A DNA stretch of 59,035 bases from a virus (taxonomy: Duplodnaviria > Caudoviricetes): positions 1 to 59,035 of IMG/VR virus record IMGVR_UViG_3300015245_000041; one strand, given 5' to 3'. Below the pieces are notes generated by a model. That model saw only the letters and a program-made list of their open reading frames with translations, did not search any database and had not been told where the DNA came from. Numbering within the stretch: position 1 is the first letter of the stretch; every line of letters begins with the position of its first letter. This document shows positions 1-8,787 of the stretch, one piece after another. A program made the translations under genes and the position numbers.

Positions 1-77
1 ACTCGAACTATTACTGGTTATCCAACCGCTCAAGCTACTATACTTCTTTCTGGTCATGTACTATTAGCGGGTGTTCC
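1..77. repeat. 77-bp direct repeat of contig end (circular assembly overlap)
   Basis: 1-77 identical to 58959-59035; the reading frame of the 58080 gene continues through it. Confidence 0.95.
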
Positions 78-2253
78 AGTTTCTATAGCAAGTTTGATGA
101 ACCCCTGGAATCAAAGCTCCCCTTATTACCTAACTGACTGGACCGAATTTTCAATTGTTGTTCAGTCGAGGGTATATGTCAATGGGGTACCTGATGTAAC
201 TATACAGTTTACTGGTCGTATTTTTGAACCCTCTCAGGACCATGTCACCGGTGGAATAAAACTAACCTGTATCGATTCATCTGATGATAAACTTAGAAAT
301 GGTTTAGTTCTTCCCCCCGTAGCTAATCCTATGGATCAGCCCATTGGTGGTGGATTTGTTTCTAAGTTTAATCCGGGGTTGACTGGGTTATATATCCTTG
401 ATACATTACTTCGTAACAACCATATCTATAGTTCACCGGGACCCAGAGCAAACTGTGTATTTTACGCTAGTCTCGCTGGATCAGCATTTCCCCAGATATA
501 CAGGAAATCGGGTTTGCCGCCACAAGCATCATACGGTGCTGCCGGGGGATTTTGGCTTACTTCTGAAACAGATATGGTATTCGTGGATGGTCAATTTAAT
601 TCCCAGGTATGTCGAGATTTCAGTACTATCTGCAGTACTTATGCAGGTCCTTGGGATACACAGGATCAAGCTATCTGGCTGGGTGGTCTTAACAAAGGGA
701 TCACCGCAGAATGGTGGATGCTGTTTGACATCACTAATGTTCCATTTACCGGCGCCCAAGCTGGATTCCAATTCGGACATAATACTCCTGGTAGTGGATC
801 TTACTTTGTTGACTACTTTATAAATGTTGCTATTGCCAATTCCTCGGGAACAACTTGGTTTGTTGCAGTGAATGATGGAACTAATTTTGCAACTTCTGGA
901 TCATTCACTGTTACAGCCGCATGGCATCAGATAACAATGCAGATCACGTATCCGGGTGGTAGTGCTGTCCAGATGGATGCCTTTATTGACGGGGTACAAG
1001 TTGTAACTGCGCTAGTACTTACGACAGCAGCGCCGTTGCCAAATGCGGTAGCTGACGTGATGTTGGCTGGTTCCAGTTTACCCTGCGAGGCGATGCAGGT
1101 GACTTATGAGTTCCTAAGTACACCAACAGTGGTTGGATCATTTATCCCAGGAGCAGTATTAGATGCCTCCTTGAATAACTTAGTTGGTGTGGTAGAAACT
1201 CTAGGTCAGAATCCTTGGCAAATTGTGCAGCAAGTTGTAGAAGCTGAACTGGGTTTTGCTGGGTTTGATGAAAATGATGTGTTTAGATTTTACAACAGAA
1301 ACACCCTTAATAACTCTACTTCAGTAAGAACTATTTCTTCTAGAAGTTCTCTAAAGGCTGTAGAAACTACTTCGCAAAAGTCTGCTGTTGCCAATTGGGT
1401 CCAAGTTCCATATCTTCCCCTTGGTTTATCCAGTTATCAAGCAATTTGGTCTTGTGGTGATACAGAGTACTTTATTCCGCCTAGAGGGATATTTTTCTTA
1501 TTTGTAACTTTCGAGAATCCTGTTATAGGTTTATCCACACAAACTGGGGTAATCCCTTCCGGGGGAATCATTAATACATCCTCAATACATCAAGCTCTCT
1601 CTGGATTCCGAGCAGCTAAGAAAGCTGATGGATCTGGGGGGCAGGTTACTACGGGGATTAACATTGTTATACGTCAGTTGTCTCCTACAACTGCTCGACT
1701 AGATATTAGTTCCAATTTGAATTATCCCGTTTATTTGGTTACTCCCCCAGGATTTCCCACTGCTCAAGGAGTTCCTTGTTTATCCCTGGGAGGGGAATTT
1801 TTGACTGCAATAGCAACAGCCCCTGATACGGGAACTACTACTAACTCAGAAGCAATAGCTGAAGCTCAGTGGCCACCCATAGATCAGGGGGGTGCTGCTA
1901 GTAATCCTTCAGGACCCATTCAGGTATTACTAAGCTCTAACCCATGGCGACAGAAACTAGTAGAAGCTACGGCGCTGGCTGATGATGTTTTAGCAGATTT
2001 GTATCAGTCTAGACCTGTTCTACAAAATGTAGTAATTACTATGGATGCTTCACTTCAACTAGCTGATCGAGTAACTTTAGTTGATCCAGATAAATCTAAA
2101 CTTAACGATGATGCTCAGGTATTCTCCATTACTACCAACATGTCCAAAACTGATGCTACCCAGGCACTTAATCTTAAAACTATAGGAGGTCCTGGAGCAT
2201 GGGTGATGGGTATTGTGGGTCATTCTGAGATGGGGGTGAATACTAGAGTATGA
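1..2253 (+). CDS. Large minor tail protein, C-terminal part (gene starts at 58080 and crosses the junction, ~1043 aa)
   Basis: No stop in 1-93 and in frame with ORF 94..2253; follows the distal tail gene; LamG-like stretch (WHQITMQ...AFIDGVQV). Confidence 0.8.
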   Translation, partial: TRTITGYPTAQATILLSGHVLLAGVPVSIASLMNPWNQSSPYYLTDWTEFSIVVQSRVYVNGVPDVTIQFTGRIFEPSQDHVTGGIKLTCIDSSDDKLRNGLVLPPVANPMDQPIGGGFVSKFNPGLTGLYILDTLLRNNHIYSSPGPRANCVFYASLAGSAFPQIYRKSGLPPQASYGAAGGFWLTSETDMVFVDGQFNSQVCRDFSTICSTYAGPWDTQDQAIWLGGLNKGITAEWWMLFDITNVPFTGAQAGFQFGHNTPGSGSYFVDYFINVAIANSSGTTWFVAVNDGTNFATSGSFTVTAAWHQITMQITYPGGSAVQMDAFIDGVQVVTALVLTTAAPLPNAVADVMLAGSSLPCEAMQVTYEFLSTPTVVGSFIPGAVLDASLNNLVGVVETLGQNPWQIVQQVVEAELGFAGFDENDVFRFYNRNTLNNSTSVRTISSRSSLKAVETTSQKSAVANWVQVPYLPLGLSSYQAIWSCGDTEYFIPPRGIFFLFVTFENPVIGLSTQTGVIPSGGIINTSSIHQALSGFRAAKKADGSGGQVTTGINIVIRQLSPTTARLDISSNLNYPVYLVTPPGFPTAQGVPCLSLGGEFLTAIATAPDTGTTTNSEAIAEAQWPPIDQGGAASNPSGPIQVLLSSNPWRQKLVEATALADDVLADLYQSRPVLQNVVITMDASLQLADRVTLVDPDKSKLNDDAQVFSITTNMSKTDATQALNLKTIGGPGAWVMGIVGHSEMGVNTRV

Positions 2254-2816
2254 CTGGAACATTACCTCCAGACCTCCCCATAAGTACATTCGTTGACGGT
2301 GAAGTTGTCAATGAGGTTAAATGGTACAATCGATTTTTTAAACCGATAAATGCTCTACGTCAGGCGCTTAATCCATTAGAGATGGTTTGGGTAGCTTATG
2401 CGGGTGTTGCGACGAACATTCCAAACGCAGCTTGGACAATGGTTAATGTCAACACGGTCGTTGTTGATACTTTGAGTCTCGGAATCTTCTCCGGGGGGTT
2501 ATCGATACCTGAAGATGGTGTTTATGAATGTGTATCATATTGTACATTTGCAAGTAGCACTGGTGGTAATCGTCGAATGACAGAAGTTGCTGTCGATGGC
2601 GGTGTATCAGGTGACCCAAGCTTTCAAATTTCTACTCAGGGATCTCAAACTGGTAATGCTGGGGGAACAGCGGCTGTTCCGGGTGCGACACAACTATTGC
2701 CTTTGCAAAAGGGTCAGCGACTCCAGGTTGCTGCTTGGCAAGATAGTACGGCCACACTCGCGACTGGTACTACTTCAACAGCGAGACCAACACTAAGTGT
2801 TAGGCGGTGGGCGTAA
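2250..2816 (+). CDS. Minor tail/fibre protein with C1q/TNF-like domain, paralog 1
   Basis: PPDL..F.DG..V...WY.RFF N-terminus, DGVY motif, ends LSVRR; ATGA overlap. Confidence 0.7.
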   Translation: MTGTLPPDLPISTFVDGEVVNEVKWYNRFFKPINALRQALNPLEMVWVAYAGVATNIPNAAWTMVNVNTVVVDTLSLGIFSGGLSIPEDGVYECVSYCTFASSTGGNRRMTEVAVDGGVSGDPSFQISTQGSQTGNAGGTAAVPGATQLLPLQKGQRLQVAAWQDSTATLATGTTSTARPTLSVRRWA

Positions 2817-3373
2817 TGGCTTATCCGCCGGATCTTTCAACTTCTGTTTTTACTGATGGACCGACTGTTACTAGTAATGATTGGTATACACGCATCTTCT
2901 CATGGTTTAATTCGCTTCGAGATGCAATCAATCCATTGACATCCACCTGGCGAGCAGTTGGTGTTGCGACATCTTCTATACCTTCAGCCGCATGGACAAC
3001 GAACGTTTTAGACACCTTGTTAGTAGACACCGATGGTGTGGGAATTAGTGCAGGTGGAGGTTGGAAGTGTCCCGCTACTGGGACGTATTTGCTCAGTGGG
3101 GTGGCATCTGTACCGGGACCAAATGCTGCTACCGGATCGAGACGAATCGGTTCGTTAAACGTTAATGGCATTGTTGGGGGAGCTGAACCAGCAGGTCTTA
3201 GGCAAGGAATTTCTCATACTGCAGTAGCTACACAGTATTCTATTCCTCTTGGTCCTTCACTAGCGTTAATTACTGCGGGTTGGGAAGTGCTTGTTTCATC
3301 TTGGCAAGACGGGGGAACAACTCTTCCAACATTCGGTGGTTTATCATCACTCAGTGTTCGGAGACTCGCATGA
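2816..3373 (+). CDS. Minor tail/fibre protein with C1q/TNF-like domain, paralog 2
   Basis: Same N-terminal motif, TGTY, ends LSVRR; TAATG coupling gives ATG 2816. Confidence 0.7.
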   Translation: MAYPPDLSTSVFTDGPTVTSNDWYTRIFSWFNSLRDAINPLTSTWRAVGVATSSIPSAAWTTNVLDTLLVDTDGVGISAGGGWKCPATGTYLLSGVASVPGPNAATGSRRIGSLNVNGIVGGAEPAGLRQGISHTAVATQYSIPLGPSLALITAGWEVLVSSWQDGGTTLPTFGGLSSLSVRRLA

Positions 3374-3936
3374 CTACTCCGCTACCGATAACGGATATCC
3401 CTTGGAATATTTTTGGTAACAAAGAACTTACAAATTCTCAGACTTGGTTCTCTAGAATCTTTGCTTTTCTAAACGGTTTACGAGATACTGGTCTACCTTA
3501 TCAGTCATACTGGAAGGCAACAGCTACTGTTGCAACTTCTATGCCAACAGCTACTTGGACACGTATGGCTTTAAATCAAATTGAGGTGGATAGCGATAGC
3601 GTTGGCATTAGTAATGGGGGATATCTTACACATTCTGCTGGAATTTATATGTGCATCGGATCAGTTGGATGTACTGTAACAACCGGTTCTCGAAAAGGTG
3701 CGCAAGTTATGGTGAATCCTCCAGCAACGGGTGGTACAGGTACTATTGAAGGATCTCAGAAACTTATCACACCTCCAGCAGTAGGTGAAGGAATACTTAG
3801 TGGAATGACGTTTGTGACTCTTGCTACTAGTGATCGTCTGAATATCTGTGGGTATCAGGAGACAGGGGGTACAGTCAACTCGGTTGAGTCCACCGTATCA
3901 CTACGATCGAGTCTAACTGTTGTGCGAGTAGCGTAG
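3370..3936 (+). CDS. Minor tail/fibre protein with C1q/TNF-like domain, paralog 3
   Basis: WFSRIF..LNGLRD, AGIY, ends LTVVRV; ATGA overlap at 3370. Confidence 0.7.
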   Translation: MTTPLPITDIPWNIFGNKELTNSQTWFSRIFAFLNGLRDTGLPYQSYWKATATVATSMPTATWTRMALNQIEVDSDSVGISNGGYLTHSAGIYMCIGSVGCTVTTGSRKGAQVMVNPPATGGTGTIEGSQKLITPPAVGEGILSGMTFVTLATSDRLNICGYQETGGTVNSVESTVSLRSSLTVVRVA

Positions 3937-3939
3937 GGG

Positions 3940-4374
3940 ATGTTGATGCCCATAGCTGAAGGTGCTGTAGCTACTGGTAGTATTTGGGGAGTAATCGGTC
4001 TTATTGTTACGGGATTGATCGGATTAGGAACAACCCTGGTCCAAGATCGTCGAAGACGACGAGAGGAACTCGAAGATAAGGGTTCCATACAGCCCAAGCA
4101 TGCGGAACGAAGTTCTGAAAGGATTGCTGCAACAACTGCTAGTAATGAAATCTTGGGATACTTAACTGAGCATATCATAACTCCTTTACGTAATGACTTA
4201 GAAGAAGCTCGGAAGAAAATTGAAGAACTTCAGACTCAAAATGCCCGTAAAGATGAACAGCTTAACGAAGCTCATGCTCTGGTGAGAGATTTGAATGTTA
4301 AGATTATCTCGTTTCAGGCTCAGGTTGCTATCTTGTTAGAGCAACTAGGAGGTGTTAGAGATGACCGAGGATGA
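3940..4374 (+). CDS. Membrane-anchored coiled-coil protein (lysis cassette)
   Basis: N-terminal TM, Arg run, heptad C-terminus. Confidence 0.7.
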   Translation: MLMPIAEGAVATGSIWGVIGLIVTGLIGLGTTLVQDRRRRREELEDKGSIQPKHAERSSERIAATTASNEILGYLTEHIITPLRNDLEEARKKIEELQTQNARKDEQLNEAHALVRDLNVKIISFQAQVAILLEQLGGVRDDRG

Positions 4375-5152
4375 AGGCTTGGATTTGATTCAGGAAGTCC
4401 AGAGCCATGTTGATAAAGAAATTATTCCCAATGCAACTAGAACTGCTAGATTAGCGGTTATTCAACAAAGAAGACGTCGAAGAATTATGTGGGGTATTCT
4501 CTTCGGCATAGCCACTATAGCTCTCATTGTAATCTTTGAAGCTCAAGTTCTTCACGCTAGTAGTCTTCAAACAGGTAAAAATAAAGCCGAAAGTTCAGCT
4601 ACTTCTAATGGTGCTATAGTTAGTGCACAAGCTCCTGTAATCCAAAATGGTCAGGCAGTTGCGAGCTCTGTTACTAAAGTTTGTCAATCAGCCTCTGGCC
4701 GTGTTATATTACGGAAGATAGGTATTTCTTGTTCTCAGGCTTCGGTAGTAGCTACTGCTACACCCAGTATTCCTTCAGCGGGGCTCCCAGGAGCGAATGG
4801 GGCACAAGGACCTCAGGGACTTCAGGGTATCCCAGGAGCACCCGGAGCTCAAGGTATCCCTGGAGGACCAGGTAAACCCGGACCATCTGGACCTACAGGT
4901 GCATCCGGACAGACTATCACTGGTCCAGCAGGGGAGAATGGAGAGCAGGGTAGTACTGGACCTATGGGACTTTCTGGTGTTAACGGTAAAGATGGGGTTA
5001 ACGGAGTTGATGGCAAAGATGGTGTTAATGGAACAAATGCCCCCACAATCGTGGGAGTAAAAGAAGATATGGGGACATGTATGATTACTCTTACTCTATC
5101 TGATAATAGTGAAATCAGTGGACCTATTACTGGCACTTTGACGTGTCCCTAG
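4361..5152 (+). CDS. Membrane protein with collagen-like Gly-X-Y repeats
   Basis: GGAGG RBS before ATG 4361; RRRRR plus TM; long GXY run; Cys pairs. Confidence 0.8.
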   Translation: MTEDEGLDLIQEVQSHVDKEIIPNATRTARLAVIQQRRRRRIMWGILFGIATIALIVIFEAQVLHASSLQTGKNKAESSATSNGAIVSAQAPVIQNGQAVASSVTKVCQSASGRVILRKIGISCSQASVVATATPSIPSAGLPGANGAQGPQGLQGIPGAPGAQGIPGGPGKPGPSGPTGASGQTITGPAGENGEQGSTGPMGLSGVNGKDGVNGVDGKDGVNGTNAPTIVGVKEDMGTCMITLTLSDNSEISGPITGTLTCP

Positions 5153-5167
5153 ATGAAAGGAGGGTAG

Positions 5168-6424
5168 ATGACTAATACTCTTGAACCCGGAGCTAGAGAG
5201 CATTATCTCAGTCGACTTGATGCTGGCGAGATACTAGCTCATAGTCGAGAATGGTATGAAGCTGATGGTTCAGTGGAATTATCGGAAGAAGATAATAATC
5301 GACTTGCAAGTCGACTAGAACAAAAGGCAGTACCTGCTCTTGGGTATTGGTTGGATTGGTCAGGTGCTCGACCCAACCTTACTGTAGCTAAACAGACTGG
5401 GGCTAGAGGTGTATCTCGTTATATAGCACCTGACATTGCTTCGACTGCCTGGAAGCGACTGGGAACTGCTGAGCGTGATCAGATCTTGAAGGTACTCGGC
5501 GATCTTGAGCTTAACTGGGAATGGTATGCAGGTCGATGTCTAGAGGGTGCTGTCGCTGGTCATGCTGATGGTAAAATGATCCTTAAGGCCGCTCAAGCTC
5601 TTAGCTATCCCCATGGTCGAGTCATCCCAGTTAGTCATGATATCGGGACAAACAATGATGTAGCTGTAATTGCTTACTTTAAAGCAGTTAAAGCTGAGCA
5701 GAATGGTATCTATGGGATTACCCCTTATGGATCATTCCACACAGCAACCGTAATTACTCCTGCCGCAGGTCTAATCAATGTCCCCTGGCAAACAGCAGCT
5801 TGGTCTAGTCGTCAAAAAGCTACTAATGCTGCCAAGTATCAGAATACTAACCAGTGGTTTAATGGCACAGTGGATGAGAATGAGATCTGGAAGATGCCTT
5901 TCGGATCTTGGAATCACCCTCTCATTGTACCTAAGCCTCCTGCTCCTCCATCCTCAGGTCCAATTGATTTTGCGAAGGTGGTTGCTTTGTATAAAACCCA
6001 GGCTGAGTTCGAAGCCGCAGTAGAAAGTCAAGTTTTAAATGTTATTAGTTCTGCACTATGGGGTGATCCCCGAGGACTAACTCCTGCACAGATGTGGACA
6101 CTTACTCATGGTCGACCGTCATTAGGTGTTTATGATGGTATGAGCACCTTCTCGCGGGGTCGTTATGTTCGATTTCCTAAAGACCTTAAGTCGCCAACTG
6201 CTATCTATGAGAAGGTCGGAGATAAACTTCTCTGGCTATCAGCCACTGATTGGAAGGAACTCAACACTCCCTTCGCTCTGCTTCCCGTCGTGGATCATTC
6301 CATCACAGGAAATGTTTACAAGCTCTCGGTTGCAGATGGAACTACTGATCCTCGCCAAGCTGTTGTTGGTGTGGAACTACTCAATTATGATGAGGTGAAT
6401 GAAGATGAGGCTCCTACTACGTAG
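5168..6424 (+). CDS. Endolysin, DUF1906/Rv2525c-like (GH25-like) glycoside hydrolase
   Basis: LDWS..RP, GVSRY, NWE, YGS, WQT.AWS, VDEN pattern; Pro linker and C-terminal domain; next to holin. Confidence 0.8.
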   Translation: MTNTLEPGAREHYLSRLDAGEILAHSREWYEADGSVELSEEDNNRLASRLEQKAVPALGYWLDWSGARPNLTVAKQTGARGVSRYIAPDIASTAWKRLGTAERDQILKVLGDLELNWEWYAGRCLEGAVAGHADGKMILKAAQALSYPHGRVIPVSHDIGTNNDVAVIAYFKAVKAEQNGIYGITPYGSFHTATVITPAAGLINVPWQTAAWSSRQKATNAAKYQNTNQWFNGTVDENEIWKMPFGSWNHPLIVPKPPAPPSSGPIDFAKVVALYKTQAEFEAAVESQVLNVISSALWGDPRGLTPAQMWTLTHGRPSLGVYDGMSTFSRGRYVRFPKDLKSPTAIYEKVGDKLLWLSATDWKELNTPFALLPVVDHSITGNVYKLSVADGTTDPRQAVVGVELLNYDEVNEDEAPTT

Positions 6425-6836
6425 TTTAACTTACATTCTATTCATCTACACCTGTTTCATCCTAGCCCCTATCAGTTCGTTTGCTGATACAGTAGATACT
6501 CGAACTGGTCCTTTAGTAGTTTTTGGTATCGTAGTAGATACAGCCTTTATGCTTGCTTTGATTACTGGTACTATCATTCCTCTAGTGTCTTCTTTGCTTA
6601 GTAAAACCCATTGGTCATCGGGAGTTACTGGAGTTATCACTATGGCTTTAGCGGCGATTAGTGGATTCTTTACAGAGTGGGCTCAGTCTTCAAATGCCAG
6701 TCACTATGACTGGAAACATGCTGTACTTATTGCTATCGGTACTCTTCTTATGGCATTCTTAGGTCGTAACGTAGCTTGGAAGGGTTCCAAGACTGATGCC
6801 AAATTGTTGGCGATTGGGTCGGGTAAAGTAGCATGA
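6399..6836 (+). CDS. Holin-like membrane protein
   Basis: Several TM helices; immediately follows the endolysin. Confidence 0.7.
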   Translation: MKMRLLLRSLTYILFIYTCFILAPISSFADTVDTRTGPLVVFGIVVDTAFMLALITGTIIPLVSSLLSKTHWSSGVTGVITMALAAISGFFTEWAQSSNASHYDWKHAVLIAIGTLLMAFLGRNVAWKGSKTDAKLLAIGSGKVA

Positions 6837-7828
6837 CAGAATCTGCCTATGGCATTCATGATCATTCTCAACTCAAGCTAGGTAAACAACCACCGGATCC
6901 AACTCGAATGGCTCGAGCTATCAAGATGGCATCGTTCATCGATGTCAAGGCAGTAACTCAGCAAATCGAATATCACCCCCCCACCGATGATAACTATCTG
7001 CAGTACCTAGATGCCAACAAGTCATTTGGCTTGTATGGCAATAATAACTTCGGGGTCTGCGGCCCAACAATGATAGCTAATGGTCGACGACTTAGTAGTT
7101 TTCTCTCAGGTTCATATGATGAGCCCACACAAGACGATGTCTTTGATCTCTATCGTCGTTCTGGGAACCCCAATTTTGACCCTATTACTGGTGCCGATGA
7201 CAAGGGTGTCAACAACCAGACGATGCTTGAGCAAGCACTCAAAACTGGGTTTGGGAAAGATATTGAGGGCAATGAGCGAGAGCTTGTAGCTTTTGCTCAG
7301 GTCGATCACGGTAACCTAAATGAACTTCGAGTCGCAATCTATAAGTTCGATTACGTTTGTGTGGGGGTTGTACTTGATACTGCTCAACAGGATCAGTCTG
7401 ATGGCAGTAATCCCACGTGGAGTTATGTTGATTCATCCACTTGGGGTGGTCACGATATTCTTGTAGCTAAGTATGATTCAGATAGTGCAGTTTGTGTATC
7501 ATGGGCTTTGTTTATTGATATGCTAGATAGCTTTATGTCTCGACAAATGGATGAGGCTTGGGTTGTTATCTGGCGAGATCAGTATGACAAACTGACTGAT
7601 GGGGAGAAAGTAGCATTAGCTCGTGAGTTTGAAGTCGCTACCGGCAAACCCTTTCCCCTCATTCAACCCGATCCCGAGCCCAGTCCAACTCCCTTTACTA
7701 ATCTGGATTTGGAATTGGTTAAAAAAATTGCTGCATCTGGATTCTTAGGGCAGAGTCATCATAAGCCAGCTAATGATGTGGCTCATGCTCTCATGCAATG
7801 GATGATTGCTAAGGGATATGTAAGTTGA
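6833..7828 (+). CDS. Papain-like cysteine peptidase (possible second lysin)
   Basis: NNNFGVC Cys, DKG, WGGH His, VSW. Confidence 0.65.
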   Translation: MTESAYGIHDHSQLKLGKQPPDPTRMARAIKMASFIDVKAVTQQIEYHPPTDDNYLQYLDANKSFGLYGNNNFGVCGPTMIANGRRLSSFLSGSYDEPTQDDVFDLYRRSGNPNFDPITGADDKGVNNQTMLEQALKTGFGKDIEGNERELVAFAQVDHGNLNELRVAIYKFDYVCVGVVLDTAQQDQSDGSNPTWSYVDSSTWGGHDILVAKYDSDSAVCVSWALFIDMLDSFMSRQMDEAWVVIWRDQYDKLTDGEKVALAREFEVATGKPFPLIQPDPEPSPTPFTNLDLELVKKIAASGFLGQSHHKPANDVAHALMQWMIAKGYVS

Positions 7829-7853
7829 CATAGGTTGAGAGATGCTATAGAAT
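7825..7853 (+). promoter_or_regulatory. Sigma70-type promoter, leaderless start
   Basis: TTGACA-N17-TAGAAT, ATG at 7861. Confidence 0.75.
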
Positions 7854-7860
7854 GATGGGT

Positions 7861-8127
7861 ATGACCAAGCTCAGAGAAAAATTCAAAGAAACAATGCAGG
7901 CAGAAGCTAAGAAGCTTGATGCCAAACATACTAAGAAGGCACTGAGACGAGTACTGCCCCACGTTGAGTGGATCTACACCAAGGCCCGCGGACCTTTTGA
8001 AACTCGACTTTTGCTCAGTGCTGGTTGGGAACCAGTTAGTCAATCTGGTGGCGACCTCATGGATAAGATCCTGGGTAGTCAAACCACCGTCACAACTTTG
8101 CTAAGGAAACGAAATCCCAATCTTTAG
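7861..8127 (+). CDS. Hypothetical protein (GWEP.S.S family, like 31139..31510)
   Basis: Own promoter and terminator. Confidence 0.65.
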   Translation: MTKLREKFKETMQAEAKKLDAKHTKKALRRVLPHVEWIYTKARGPFETRLLLSAGWEPVSQSGGDLMDKILGSQTTVTTLLRKRNPNL

Positions 8128-8128
8128 C

Positions 8129-8175
8129 AAAAACAGCAAAGTCTCCTAGGCCACGAGCTTAGGAGGTTTTGTTGT
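8129..8175. terminator. Bidirectional intrinsic terminator
   Basis: CTCCTAGGC/GCTTAGGAG stem flanked by A-rich and T-rich tracts, between convergent arms. Confidence 0.75.
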
Positions 8176-8318
8176 GTGTGAGGGATTATCGATCGAGCGA
8201 TCGCGCCTTATGATGCAATCACGGGATGCCTCAAGAAGAGCTCTAATTTAATCCCTAAAAGGGTAAGATATCTGATTGCATGTGATTTTATGCAGGCGAT
8301 TAGCCATAACTTCAGAGA

Positions 8319-8615
8319 TTATTTGAGGAATTCTTCTATATACCAGAGAGCCTCAGCACTGGAGCAAATTACTACTGCTTTTCCCCCCGCGGCTCGAATC
8401 TGAGTATGCACCATTTGTTGCTTAGGAGTGACGTTATCCCGTTCGTCAGGCATCTTAGTTTCAAACCCTACAAAATAACCATCCACACAAGCTATGATGT
8501 CGGGGAGTCCAGCAGTCATAGTAGGACCACCATGAACTTTGAAACAAAAATAGCCCTGTGCTCTAAGGTCTTTCATGATTTTACGACTAAGTTTAGATTC
8601 AGGTTGATTACCCAT
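8319..8615 (-). CDS. VRR-NUC nuclease (resolvase-like)
   Basis: ESKL...KVHG..AGLPDI..GFETK...QQ motif. Confidence 0.9.
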   Translation of the reverse strand: MGNQPESKLSRKIMKDLRAQGYFCFKVHGGPTMTAGLPDIIACVDGYFVGFETKMPDERDNVTPKQQMVHTQIRAAGGKAVVICSSAEALWYIEEFLK

Positions 8616-8628
8616 GATAACTCCTATA

Positions 8629-8699
8629 CATGCCAGGGAGGCGATGCACCAAGCCGCCTTGACCGAGGAGAAGAATGATGCACCGCCTCAACCTGCATG
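8629..8699 (-). ncRNA. Candidate antisense hairpin RNA with anti-(GACCGAGGAG) loop
   Basis: 14-bp stem with two G-U pairs only on the minus strand, outer stem, 24-nt loop UUCUUCUCCUCGGUCAAGGCGGCU; begins at the predicted TSS. Confidence 0.65.
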
Positions 8700-8703
8700 G
8701 TAG

Positions 8704-8733
8704 ATGATATATCGTAAGATGAATGATTGTCAA
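8704..8733 (-). promoter_or_regulatory. Sigma70-type promoter for hairpin RNA/VRR-NUC
   Basis: TTGACA-N18-TATCAT. Confidence 0.75.
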
Positions 8734-8735
8734 TG

Positions 8736-8777
8736 AAACAAACCAAGAGACCCCCAGAGTTATCTGGGAGCCCTCGG
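8736..8777 (-). terminator. Intrinsic terminator of the recombination operon
   Basis: CCGAGGGCTCCCAGA-TAAC-TCTGGGGGTCTCTTGG followed by TTTGTTT. Confidence 0.75.
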
Positions 8778-8787
8778 CCGATATCAC

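Noticed and set aside
2250-3936. DGR or invertase-shuffled tail cassettes
   Set aside because: No reverse transcriptase, recombinase or near-identical DNA repeats
4361-4371. TGACCGAGGA at the collagen gene start as an sRNA target
   Set aside because: Explained by codons M-T-E-D in a late gene; possible but unsupported
8675-8707. Plus-strand mini-ORF MMHRLNLHGR behind GAGGAG
   Set aside because: No plus-strand promoter seen and an upstream terminator is present; G-U pairing and the promoter favour the minus-strand hairpin
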